Assembly: GCA_030669595.1 (NCBI GenBank)
Contig: DAOVDG010000001.1
Location: forward strand, 6,047-70,046
Reading direction: 5' to 3'
DNA length: 64,000 nucleotides
From: Candidatus Thorarchaeota archaeon
GTDB lineage: Archaea > Asgardarchaeota > Thorarchaeia > Thorarchaeales > Thorarchaeaceae
Within the stretch, counting starts at the first letter, position 1; each line of letters opens with the position of its first letter. This document shows positions 8,082 through 17,531 of the stretch, one piece after another. The notes beneath the pieces are model-generated. The model had not been told where the DNA came from, searched no databases, and was given only the letters and a program-made list of their open reading frames with translations. The position numbers and the translations under genes were made by a program.

Positions 8082-10976
8082 TCAACTCTCACTATGAGTC
8101 TTCTCCGTGCCTGTCTCATGCTCCTTTTCTCCAGAATCTAATTCATGACTGGTGGATGCAAGTTCGCTCAGCGCCCTACGTGTTCTCTCTGCATCCTCTT
8201 TGGCTCGTTCCTTCTGTCTTGATTTCTCTAGACGATGTCCAATGGAGTACAAGATCGCAACCGAAACAACTAGAGCGAAGGCAAGTCCAATGAGCGGCAG
8301 ATTGTAGATGAGAAGCTCATCCAGAGGTAACCAGGGGTCTAGTGGATCATACCCATGCGCTACTTCCCATCCATCTCCAATCCCATCGCCATCACTATCG
8401 ACATTGCACGGGTCTGTACCTCGTTGATACTCATCGATGTTAGACAAGCCATCAGCATCACAATCGCCGTCTGCGTCGACGACTAGTGGGTTCAGACCGA
8501 ACTGTACTTCCCAACCATCCGCCATGCCATCACTGTCAGTGTCATTGTCACAAGGGTCGGTTTCGTGTTCATATTCTTGAAGATTGGGAAGACCATCAGA
8601 GTCTGCATCACCTTGAGCATCATCGTTCAGTGGGTCCAGCGCATTGGCCACTTCCCAGCCGTCCGGCATTCCGTCACTGTCAGTGTCGTTATCACGTGGG
8701 CTCGTGCCATGATGATACTCTTCTAGATTCGAGAGTCCGTCGGAGTCGGGGTCATCACCAGCATCATTCCCTGTAGCATTGAGCATGTATCGAATTTCCC
8801 AGCCGTCTGGCATGCCATCACTGTCAGTGTCGTTATTATATCGGTCAGTACCAAGCTGGATCTCTTCTAGGTCGAGCAATCCGTCGCCGTCACTGTCTTG
8901 GAAGGGTAGCTTGAACACAAAACAATCCGCAGTCCCACCATTGTACGAGCTGTCATATGCATTCACTGTGGGGAAATCAGAGGATTCTGTATAGCCCGTC
9001 ACATACACATTACCTATGGAATCCATAGCAATCGAAATCCCTCTATCCTCTGAAGACCCTCCAAAGTAGTTGGAGTAACGAAGTGAGTCACCAGTTGCGT
9101 TGATCCTGAAAACGAAGCAATCACCCTCTCCTCCGTTATACACACCACCAAGCGGACTCACTATAGGAAAATCAGAGGAGCCTGTATCGCCTGTTACGTA
9201 GGCGTTGCCATCGGAATCAATTGCGATGGATTGGGCGTAATCTGAGGATGACCCGCCGATGTAGGTGGAATAGAATAGTTCGCTGCCAGTGGCATTCAGC
9301 TTGAACACGAAACAATCACCCGCTCCATTGTACGAGTTGTCATATGCGCTCACTGTGGGGAAATCAGAGGACCTTGTGCTTCCTGTCACGTAGGCGCTAC
9401 CCTCAGAATCAACTGTGATAGATTCCCCGTCGTCCGAGGATGACCCGCCGATGTAGGTGGAATAAAATAGTCCATTGCCCGCAGCATTCAGCTTCAGCAA
9501 GAAACAGTCATCTTCTCCATTGTACGAGTTGTCATATGCGCTCACTGTGGGGAAATCAGAGGACCTTGTGCTTCCTGTCACGTAGGCGCTACCCTCAGAA
9601 TCAATCGCAATGGCATGAGCCCAATCCATTTCAGAACCTCCAACGAATGTGGAATATACCAGTCCGCTTCCGTTGGCATTAAGCTTGAACACAAAACAGT
9701 CTATGTTTCCATTATGTGAGCCGTCAAACGGATTTGCTGTCGGAAAGTCCAAGGACTTTGTGCATCCAGTCACGTAGACATTGCCTGTAGAGTCTGCCAT
9801 GACAGATTCTCCCGAATCCCGGCCGGACCCACCGATATAGGTGAAGTAGACCAGTTCGTTGCCGGTAGCATTCAGCTTGAACACGAAGCAGTCACCTCCT
9901 CCATTGTACGAGCTGTCATATGCGTTCATAGTGGCAAGGTCGGTGCAATGCGTGCATCCAGTGACGTAGGCGTTGCCCTCAGAATCAATCGCAATGGCAA
10001 GAGGCCAATCCCATCCAGAACCTCCGACGAATGTGGAGTATATCAGTCCGTTGCCAGTGGCATTGAGTTTGAACACAAAACAGTCATCTTCTCCATTGTA
10101 CGAGCTGTCATATGCGTTCACTGTGGGGAAGTCGGAGGATCTTGTAATTCCTGTAACATAGATGCTGCCTGTTGAGTCAACTGCTATGGAAGTCCCCACG
10201 TCAAAGCTAGAACCACCAACATATGTCGAGTAGAGAAACGGATTAACGACGAGTTCCTGTGATCTGTCGAAATCCCCCACCGCGAAACCGAAAGTGCTAG
10301 GTCCCTTCGATATGAACATCACTCCCACTTCCATTGAGTCCTGAAATGCCTTGACATTGCTGTCTAGGAACATTCCTCCTTCAATGCAATCCCCCACCAA
10401 TCTAGCTTCTATGTCAAGGACATCGTAGCCATCGCATCGGATTTCGATGGAATCGGGGTCTGCACTTGGCGCCATTCTGAACTCGCACCTTATGCCGTGT
10501 TTCTCTATGCGATAGACGAGGCTGATTCCTGGCCAAAGACTGTCATACACGACCTGAGTGAACCCGCGGATGCCCGTGAAAAGACCTCGCCCAGCCAGGA
10601 GGTAGTTCGTGTGATAGGCGGCTGGACCAGTGCCTCTCGGGGCTGCATCTCTCGCTCCCTCGAACGTCAATGTGACATTGTTCTCTAGACAGCTCATCCA
10701 CAGCAGAACCCGGTTCTCAGCAAAGCCAATAAACCCCCCTGGCATTCGACCATAGAACATCAGTTCGCTGCTGTCGATCTGTCCGACATTCTCATAGAAA
10801 TGGTGTTTCCATATCTCGGCCGCCATTTGAGCCATTGCCTTGTCATCACTTGGAATGCTTGCTGGAGCGCCGCTGTTCTGATTGGCAACCATAGTCACAG
10901 CCTGAGCACATGCCATCCATGCTAGACTGACTAGGAGCAAGAATCCGACGGTTCTCATCTGTTTCACTGATGACAC
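8082..10976 (-). CDS. large cell-surface protein with beta-propeller (SBBP-like) repeats, Asp-rich calcium-binding (thrombospondin type 3-like) repeats and C-terminal TM anchor
   Basis: Signal peptide MRTVGFLLLVSLAWMACAQA. About 8 repeats of the unit VTGxTxSSDFPTxNAYDxSYNGxxDCFVFKLNATGNxLxYSTYxGGS. Repeated DTDSDGMPDGWE and DSDGLSNLEEY units follow. The C-terminus has a TM helix LIGLAFALVVSVAILYSIG and a charged tail. Confidence 0.8.
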   Translation of the reverse strand: MSSVKQMRTVGFLLLVSLAWMACAQAVTMVANQNSGAPASIPSDDKAMAQMAAEIWKHHFYENVGQIDSSELMFYGRMPGGFIGFAENRVLLWMSCLENNVTLTFEGARDAAPRGTGPAAYHTNYLLAGRGLFTGIRGFTQVVYDSLWPGISLVYRIEKHGIRCEFRMAPSADPDSIEIRCDGYDVLDIEARLVGDCIEGGMFLDSNVKAFQDSMEVGVMFISKGPSTFGFAVGDFDRSQELVVNPFLYSTYVGGSSFDVGTSIAVDSTGSIYVTGITRSSDFPTVNAYDSSYNGEDDCFVFKLNATGNGLIYSTFVGGSGWDWPLAIAIDSEGNAYVTGCTHCTDLATMNAYDSSYNGGGDCFVFKLNATGNELVYFTYIGGSGRDSGESVMADSTGNVYVTGCTKSLDFPTANPFDGSHNGNIDCFVFKLNANGSGLVYSTFVGGSEMDWAHAIAIDSEGSAYVTGSTRSSDFPTVSAYDNSYNGEDDCFLLKLNAAGNGLFYSTYIGGSSSDDGESITVDSEGSAYVTGSTRSSDFPTVSAYDNSYNGAGDCFVFKLNATGSELFYSTYIGGSSSDYAQSIAIDSDGNAYVTGDTGSSDFPIVSPLGGVYNGGEGDCFVFRINATGDSLRYSNYFGGSSEDRGISIAMDSIGNVYVTGYTESSDFPTVNAYDSSYNGGTADCFVFKLPFQDSDGDGLLDLEEIQLGTDRYNNDTDSDGMPDGWEIRYMLNATGNDAGDDPDSDGLSNLEEYHHGTSPRDNDTDSDGMPDGWEVANALDPLNDDAQGDADSDGLPNLQEYEHETDPCDNDTDSDGMADGWEVQFGLNPLVVDADGDCDADGLSNIDEYQRGTDPCNVDSDGDGIGDGWEVAHGYDPLDPWLPLDELLIYNLPLIGLAFALVVSVAILYSIGHRLEKSRQKERAKEDAERTRRALSELASTSHELDSGEKEHETGTEKTHSES
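9040..10170 (-). repeat. intragenic tandem repeats (about 240 nt units) encoding the beta-propeller blades of the surface protein
   Basis: Near-identical nucleotide stretches recur (for example ttgaacacaaaacagtc...ccattgtacgagctgtcatatgcg). Off-frame ORFs 8779..8994 and 9973..10161 share a peptide for the same reason. Confidence 0.7.
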
Positions 10977-11303
10977 CTACTATGCGAGCTGACACAGCGC
11001 TATCTTCTGCTGGTTCTGTCGTTGTGGCAGATCGCATTTAATCTTTCCACTGAATTCCTTCAACGAATCCTGCTGACAGAGTGCTCGGCAATGACGCGAA
11101 TCATGGCTTTGTTCATTGTCCAGCATATCACTCCATTGAATACCGAAGGGAAACCGCAGCAAGTTCATCTGTCCTCCATGAATGACATTATGTTCAGGAG
11201 AGAACTGCTTGTGAAGCGCCTTGAGTACTGGAACAGAGCAAGGAAGAATAACATATTGCAGCAGCGCGTATCTTCAGGCCTCTACTCTCTGCAACTGTAC
11301 AGG

Positions 11304-12146
11304 CTAAAACAAGAGATTCTCTGAAGATTCACGATACATCCTCTCTGCATAGGTACGAATTGATTCACAAGAAGTCAGGAGCTCTTGATACATCATGCGA
11401 GAGTATCGTTGATCGTTCCTAGAGCTGAACGTAACGTTTCCACCGAACCCGAAATCTCTTCTGCATCTGTGTGCTGAGTTGAAGTAGATCTGAAGAACCC
11501 TACCATAGACTCCTCCGAACACTGCACTAAGGCCCTCTGCTATTGTAAGACTTTCTGCCTTACGATCGAGAAGCTTCTCAAGGAAAAGAAGTGATTTGAG
11601 TGAGTTCACCAAGACAACACATGCATACTCGAACCTGATGTTATCCTCAAGAAACAGAGATGCTTCGTGGACCTCTTTGAGAATCTCGAATATGACATTC
11701 CTTAGGTAATCAGGCTGAAGGGGATACTTGCCACTGAGGTCGGTACCTACGAGTACGATTCCCTTCTGAAGAGATGTACAGACTACAAGATGATTTCGCC
11801 CTCTCCAGGCCTTCGACAGCTCTTCTTCGGTCAAGACTTTGACATCGATTATAGGTCTCCATCCTTTTTTCTTGGATGCATAGGTCCTCAAGATGTCAGT
11901 CACGCTCTTCTTCTTGATCGAATCCGTAACGACAATCAGCAAATCGAAATCGCTCGAATCATCCGCATTGTTACTAGCCCACGAACCTGTCAGCAATCCT
12001 GATATGCACAGAGTTTCAAGTCCTTGTGAGAGAAGAGAGTCTATGTATTCGATGAAGTGCTGTGGCAAATTGAGATGGCCAATCTTGTGTCTCCAATTCT
12101 TACAGCCTTTATGATTCATCATGTTTCTCATGCCTGTGGACCTCAA
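11304..12146 (-). CDS. nucleotidyltransferase-domain protein (Pol-beta superfamily NTase fused to a C-terminal helical domain)
   Basis: GSWASNNADDSSDFDLLIVV matches the GS...DxD nucleotidyltransferase signature. A C-terminal domain of about 150 aa, likely helical, follows. Confidence 0.6.
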   Translation of the reverse strand: MRSTGMRNMMNHKGCKNWRHKIGHLNLPQHFIEYIDSLLSQGLETLCISGLLTGSWASNNADDSSDFDLLIVVTDSIKKKSVTDILRTYASKKKGWRPIIDVKVLTEEELSKAWRGRNHLVVCTSLQKGIVLVGTDLSGKYPLQPDYLRNVIFEILKEVHEASLFLEDNIRFEYACVVLVNSLKSLLFLEKLLDRKAESLTIAEGLSAVFGGVYGRVLQIYFNSAHRCRRDFGFGGNVTFSSRNDQRYSRMMYQELLTSCESIRTYAERMYRESSENLLF

Positions 12147-12235
12147 GTTTGCGGCTTATGGCAACGACATTGTGGTTGGGAACGATGGAGAATCTTGCTG
12201 AGTTCTCCATCGAACCTTCGTTATGGGGCTGACAA

Positions 12236-14044
12236 TCATGAATGGATGTGGATGGTCAGGTCATAACCGCCCCCATAGTTAGTACCACATTGCATTGTTA
12301 GCCGCAGGTAATACATACCTGGCGATGCTTGGAACTGTCGGTATTCAGTTCTCTCATATGCCCTAAACGAGAATAACCAAGTGGCACCTTTGTAGACTGA
12401 CAGTTTCATATGCAGTTCATCCTTGGGTGTCAACCAGATCTCCACATTGCAGCTGGCACCGACCTCGAAGCTGAACCAGTCTTTATCCGCCCAAACTTCT
12501 TGATATCCCCAAATACCTTCATCGTAGACGTTGAAATCTGCATCCGGACCAAAACCGAGGTGAGTTGCGATTGACTGTGAATCTCCCGCATCATCCTCTT
12601 CCAGAAAGATATCTGCCCAAGAAAGCGTGTCTTGCTTGTAGATTCTGGCCCCGTCTATGGTGGGTTGGCAAGAGCTCTTGCTTATGGCGTATTCGTAGCA
12701 ACTCCAGAAGTTGAATCCGTTTGCCGCCTTATCGAAGAAACAGTCACAGAAGTCCCGCGTGGGTTCTTTTAGCGCCCTACCATCCCAACCAATCGCGCAT
12801 TGAGCTCCTCGCTGAAGAAAACCCTCAACGATGCTTGTGTGGACTGGGTACCATATTCCTGTGTCCTTATCTTCCCAATCGTCCGCCGCAGACCAACATG
12901 TGGAGATGAATGCCAACTTCATGGAGCTGAAGACACCCGGTTCAGGAGGTAGGTCCACAGGCAAGATTGGATCCGAACATCCGTACTCACCGATTCCTGT
13001 ATACAAGAAGGTCTTTCCAAGTACCTCTCTCCAGAATCCGCTACCATGACCGAGATGGAAGACAACCTCGCCGTACGGGAACAACTGAAGCTCTTGTGAC
13101 CTAGCAAGATCCTCATGGTACCATGCATAGGCACCAGAGGGAAAGCTGGTGGCAGTTTCGAATCTTCTGTGTACTCGGTGGGCACACTGATAGGTGATTT
13201 CAATGCCAGGGTCGCTCACGAAGGTGAACTTGCTGCCTGGGGGTTGTTCAAGAGAGCTATCAACGAAGAGAATCTCGGATGTTGTTGCACTGATCCAGTA
13301 CTCCTCTGTTCCGGAATCTAGTACCCATGCAAGGTATGTTTTACCTTCTACGTGGACTATCTCCAACTGAGTGCTGAAAACTTTCCCATTTGCTCTACCC
13401 TGAACAGTGTCGATTGCTTCTTTTACGCTTACTTCGGGTTTAGTGTCAATCACGACTTTATGCCAGTGACTTGCGTAGCTGTAGACCTGCTTCCCATTCG
13501 GATCCATTGAGATCCGAATAAAATCGCCTCTCACAGGGATATCATTTATTGTGTGCTTGAAGGAGAGAGTCCAACCATCAGAGGTTTTTGTCATGTCAAC
13601 CGAGTTGTCTTGTTGAGGAAGGATTACAAGACCCTTATACTCGATATGGCTGAGAAAACCGAATGCAGTGGCCCATGCATTCGAAAGAGCTACTGACTCA
13701 GGAGGATAGGATTCTACATCACAAACCTTGGTTGAGTCGAGAAAGTACCGAAGCCTTAGAGATGATGGGTCCAGTTCAACTTGAATTAGCTGGCGGCTCG
13801 TGGTTTTCCACCTCACAGCCCAGAGTTCCTCTTGCCAACCAGCATCATAGACGAGTGAGATACCCTCTAAACGAGCGTTGGCTGGCGGGTCGGCAAGGTC
13901 TTCCGCTATTGCCCTTATCATTCCTACTTCTTCTTGATTCAATTGGCCAGAGAACAGCATACCCTGGTCCATTGAAGACAACACCTGCATTGTCAAGAAA
14001 GAAACCATGACAAACACCAGAACCAGTTTCCTTGTTGCCTTCAT
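12236..14044 (-). CDS. secreted clan-CD (caspase/gingipain-like) cysteine peptidase with C-terminal PPC (pre-peptidase) domain
   Basis: Signal peptide MKATRKLVLVFVMVSFLTMQVLSS. FHLGHGSG is followed about 40 aa later by AFISTCWSAA, which is the His-Gly then Ala-Cys dyad spacing of clan CD. The C-terminal DKDWFSFEV...YYLRL resembles the PPC DxDWYxF motif. The start was moved to the internal Met at 14044. Confidence 0.5.
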   Translation of the reverse strand: MKATRKLVLVFVMVSFLTMQVLSSMDQGMLFSGQLNQEEVGMIRAIAEDLADPPANARLEGISLVYDAGWQEELWAVRWKTTSRQLIQVELDPSSLRLRYFLDSTKVCDVESYPPESVALSNAWATAFGFLSHIEYKGLVILPQQDNSVDMTKTSDGWTLSFKHTINDIPVRGDFIRISMDPNGKQVYSYASHWHKVVIDTKPEVSVKEAIDTVQGRANGKVFSTQLEIVHVEGKTYLAWVLDSGTEEYWISATTSEILFVDSSLEQPPGSKFTFVSDPGIEITYQCAHRVHRRFETATSFPSGAYAWYHEDLARSQELQLFPYGEVVFHLGHGSGFWREVLGKTFLYTGIGEYGCSDPILPVDLPPEPGVFSSMKLAFISTCWSAADDWEDKDTGIWYPVHTSIVEGFLQRGAQCAIGWDGRALKEPTRDFCDCFFDKAANGFNFWSCYEYAISKSSCQPTIDGARIYKQDTLSWADIFLEEDDAGDSQSIATHLGFGPDADFNVYDEGIWGYQEVWADKDWFSFEVGASCNVEIWLTPKDELHMKLSVYKGATWLFSFRAYERTEYRQFQASPGMYYLRLTMQCGTNYGGGYDLTIHIHS

Positions 14045-14433
14045 TTGCAACCCCTTGAAATGTACTTTAGTTCGTCCTTTCATAGTGATCATTCTTCCGA
14101 TACTTCGCAACGATTATGCCGCACTGATTGATTCCCTAGAAGGATATGTTTGTCCAACTCGAAATGAGTGGTAACCCCCTAGCACAGATTATTACATACG
14201 CTAAAGCGCATTTAACCTACGAGAGCGTCAGCGGAGCAGAACCACCCCTCCTAAGGACTTTCTTGAGGGCGTTCGATTAAGCTAGAGAGGGGCAGTTTTC
14301 CCGGCACCCCAGAACATGTTCTCCCCGCAAGGCTGGCGCATCATCAAGACTCAGTGTAGTGTACTACCTTAACATATGGCCATGCATATTTTCCCCGTGT
14401 TACAACACTATTTGAGAAGGAACCGGGTGGTGA

Positions 14434-14550
14434 GCATGGCCGCATGGAGTGGACCGCTCTAACCCCGAGGAGTTTGGTCTTGCAACACACCTGCAATACT
14501 TGCAGAGGAAAAGCCAGCCTAACTGGGAACGGCTCGGGATAAAGGTCTAA
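14434..14550 (+). pseudogene. hdrB: remnant of an hdrB 3' end (about 30 codons)
   Basis: The translation ends NPEEFGLATHLQYLQRKSQPNWERLGIKV*. This is nearly identical to the C-terminus of hdrB at 6561..7481 (NEFGLATHLQYLQRKSQPNWGRLGIET*). Homology and reading frame both stop upstream at a TGA at 14431. Confidence 0.6.
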
Positions 14551-14986
14551 AATCATAAGACGCCAGAACAAAGGATTGGTTCAATCAGGCTCCATGCACT
14601 GAATGTGGTTTTTCCTGAACTGCCTGCATGAGAGCTTGAACATCCTTCTCAGTCAGTTCCAGACAGCCTGGCGCTTCCGCACACACCGGACATCGTTCCC
14701 GGATTCTCGACAGATAGACTCGGGTGTAGAGCCGGGTGGCTTTCATAGCTCTGATATGTTATCCACGTAATATTAAGTCCCACTGGTCTTGATTCTTCAA
14801 TATCGTAAATTGGCGCCAATCGAATACAATCCTTTTGCCATCTTCTATGGTGCGTTCGTTGGGCGTCGGTCCAAACGTGTTCTGGTCACGATTATGGATG
14901 AATATGCAAGATAATTCCCTTCTGCCACTAGTTGCACCGAAGATAAGAATGAGGGAGTATAATGCTCTCTTGCACTAGATCTGCTA

Positions 14987-16894
14987 TTAATGAGTCAATG
15001 GCAACAACAAAACCACACTAGTTCCTTGCTGATGATCCCCCTTAACACGGTCCTTAATCCGGACTCTTCCTCCATATCTATCAGCAATTCGTTTCACGAG
15101 GGTAAGACCAATCCCAATCCCTCTTCCTTCTCTGTTTCCCATTCTGGTGAGCACACTCTCTTTGACCGAGTCGCTCATTCCACGTCCTCTGTCCTCGAAC
15201 CTCATTTGCAGAAACGCTCCGTCATCTTCCGTGCGTTCTGTCTGCACATCAATCTCAACTCGTTCGCGCGGGTCTGCCTTCACAGCGTTGTGTAACAGAT
15301 TGAAGAACATGTCCAGAAGGAATTCATCGGCGATGATGTCATACTCTCCAGTGGTCAGGTTGGTCGAAAATATGATCTCCTTGCCGGGTAACGAACTTCT
15401 CACAGTTGCCATGGCCTCTATCAGGACTTCATATGGGTCTGTGGGGATAAGGTTCGTGTCCTGTTTCGAAGTGCTGGCAAGTTTCTTAACATTAACAATC
15501 AAGGCTGCACTTCTCTTTGTCTGCTCAAGAGCGGACTCAGCAAAAGCGATGAGATGGTCAGGAAGATGATGCTCGCTGAGAATAATCTCCAGACTTACCA
15601 TGATGCCCTGTTGCATATTCGCCAAATCATGAGCCATCAGGTCATTGTAGAACTCCGCCTGAGCCACAGCCCTCTCAAGTGCTTCCTCTGCAAGCTTTCT
15701 GTCTGTTATATCGCGTGCCACTCCTAGAATACCCGTTGGTCTATCGTTCTCATCTCGTAAGAAGACTCTTGACATCTCGAATCTGCGGAGTGTGCCACTT
15801 TTGTCATATAGATCAATCTCCAGCGGAGGTGCATCATACCCATCCTTTCCGACAGTTTCTTCAAGATGGAAGGATTCTTCCAATGCATCCTCGATTATTT
15901 CGAGAAATTGTTGGGGCATTGCATCGCTGATGGGCATAGCTAGCGCCTCTTGTACAGTATATCCCAACATGTCTTTAACAGAAGCACTAACATAGGTGAA
16001 GTTCAGGTTCAGATCAACAGTCCAGATCACATCCTTGACGTTCTCAGCAAGTATCCGGTATTGCTGCTCGCTCACACGAAGCGCCTCTTCAGCACGTTTT
16101 CTGTCAGTGATGTCTGAGAACACAACCTGCACTGCTGGCTCTCCCTGATAGGTTATGACTGATGCAGCCACCTTCACATCGATGGCGGTGCCATCTAGAC
16201 TGACCCACTTTTCCTCGATTGCTTCAACAGAGGCCTCTCCCCGGTACATGGCTTGAACTCTTTCAACAACCTCGTCTCTAGAATCTGTGTGGATAAAATC
16301 AATGACCGCCCTCCCAATGTAATCGTCAGATGATTCCTGACCAATAATCTTCAGCGCTGACTGATTGGCATAGATGATCTTCCCTGACCTGTGGACTGCA
16401 ATGCCAAGGGGTGAGTTCTCAACCAGTGTACGATATCGTTCCTCACTCTCTTCCATTGCTTGCATAGCCTTCAACATCTCAGTCACGTCCCTTGTCACGC
16501 CAACATAGAACTGAGGTCTATGATCATCATCATAGAGAGCAAAGACTGTGATAGCAATCTCGAGCACTCTCTCATCATATGTTGTACTCTTGACATTCCC
16601 TCTGAAACTCCCTTCTGAGCGAAGTGTGTCAAACACTGAGGAGTATATGTCTTCTCCAAGATGAATAGCTGGAGTTTTCCCACTGAGGAACTCATCGGGA
16701 AAACCGAGAAGGGTCCTATGAGCGGCATTCTGCTTGATGTACACGCCTTCCGAGTTCAGAATAGCAATCGCATCATTTGAGCACGTGAAGATGTCCTCGT
16801 ATAATGTTTCATGAATCGTGCTATTGCCAGTCGACTTACTATTGTCAAGGTTCTTCTTTCGTTGGGTACCTTTCTCTCTTGGTTTGCCAGTCAT
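14987..16894 (-). CDS. multi-PAS-domain sensor histidine kinase
   Basis: At least three PAS-like segments. H-box (HDLANMQQGI) and HATPase region (DRGRGMS...GIGIGL). No adjacent response regulator. Confidence 0.85.
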   Translation of the reverse strand: MTGKPREKGTQRKKNLDNSKSTGNSTIHETLYEDIFTCSNDAIAILNSEGVYIKQNAAHRTLLGFPDEFLSGKTPAIHLGEDIYSSVFDTLRSEGSFRGNVKSTTYDERVLEIAITVFALYDDDHRPQFYVGVTRDVTEMLKAMQAMEESEERYRTLVENSPLGIAVHRSGKIIYANQSALKIIGQESSDDYIGRAVIDFIHTDSRDEVVERVQAMYRGEASVEAIEEKWVSLDGTAIDVKVAASVITYQGEPAVQVVFSDITDRKRAEEALRVSEQQYRILAENVKDVIWTVDLNLNFTYVSASVKDMLGYTVQEALAMPISDAMPQQFLEIIEDALEESFHLEETVGKDGYDAPPLEIDLYDKSGTLRRFEMSRVFLRDENDRPTGILGVARDITDRKLAEEALERAVAQAEFYNDLMAHDLANMQQGIMVSLEIILSEHHLPDHLIAFAESALEQTKRSAALIVNVKKLASTSKQDTNLIPTDPYEVLIEAMATVRSSLPGKEIIFSTNLTTGEYDIIADEFLLDMFFNLLHNAVKADPRERVEIDVQTERTEDDGAFLQMRFEDRGRGMSDSVKESVLTRMGNREGRGIGIGLTLVKRIADRYGGRVRIKDRVKGDHQQGTSVVLLLPLTH

Positions 16895-16991
16895 AGTATT
16901 CTACACCATTGGATGACTGTTGTTGACTAGGATGTAATTATGGAGTGAGCGCTTATTAGAGTTAACCAGAGAATACAGACTGTAGGTCTGG

Positions 16992-17483
16992 CTAGATAGA
17001 AATCCACTTCTTCAAATTCCTCTTGTACTTGAGGAACTCGCCACCGAATCTCTCCTCTAGTTTCTTCTTCTCATAGTTTGCCCGTGCATTATTGAAGGTG
17101 AAGATGATTAACCAAACACCAACTGACGCTTGAGAGAAAGCTGCTATGGCAATGCCAAGATAGAAGAGATGGATTCCAAGGTACATTGGGTGCCGGACAC
17201 GCTCAAAGATTCCTGTTGTCGCTAGATCTTCCACATGGGCATCAAATTGATCCCTATGAACTGCGTTCATGAAATACGCAGCTACTACAATGACTACAGT
17301 TCTCAATCCAATGAATACTCCAAAGAAGTCAAGTTCCAGAGAAACATCGTGGCTCGCAGAAGAAATGAATCTAGAATTCACACCACTGTCCGGAAGAGAG
17401 ATCGAGGATATGATGCACAGATGATTAAGGCTCAGCACAGGGATCGACTGCAATCCATTTACAAGCAATACACGACCCGACAA
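16992..17483 (-). CDS. isoprenylcysteine carboxyl methyltransferase (ICMT)-family membrane methyltransferase
   Basis: TGIFERVRHPMYLG plus the downstream hydrophobic segment and EERFGGEFLKYK are typical of the ICMT/PEMT family. The N-terminal start is uncertain. Confidence 0.55.
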   Translation of the reverse strand: MSGRVLLVNGLQSIPVLSLNHLCIISSISLPDSGVNSRFISSASHDVSLELDFFGVFIGLRTVVIVVAAYFMNAVHRDQFDAHVEDLATTGIFERVRHPMYLGIHLFYLGIAIAAFSQASVGVWLIIFTFNNARANYEKKKLEERFGGEFLKYKRNLKKWISI

Positions 17484-17531
17484 TAAACGTTTTTACAGGC
17501 TTTTCAGACGGACGGTTCACCTACCCGCGGA

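Noticed and set aside
11304-14044. Possibility that the nucleotidyltransferase plus protease pair is a CBASS-like defence module
   Set aside because: The protease has a signal peptide and PPC domain, so it is secreted and is not a cytoplasmic effector. The NTase motif is the generic Pol-beta signature and the protein is shorter than CD-NTases. No Cap-like accessory genes are present.
14100-14340. Possible tRNA or other ncRNA in the long gap after the protease gene (a TTCGATT T-loop-like string at about 14270)
   Set aside because: No complementary acceptor or T stems could be formed around it.
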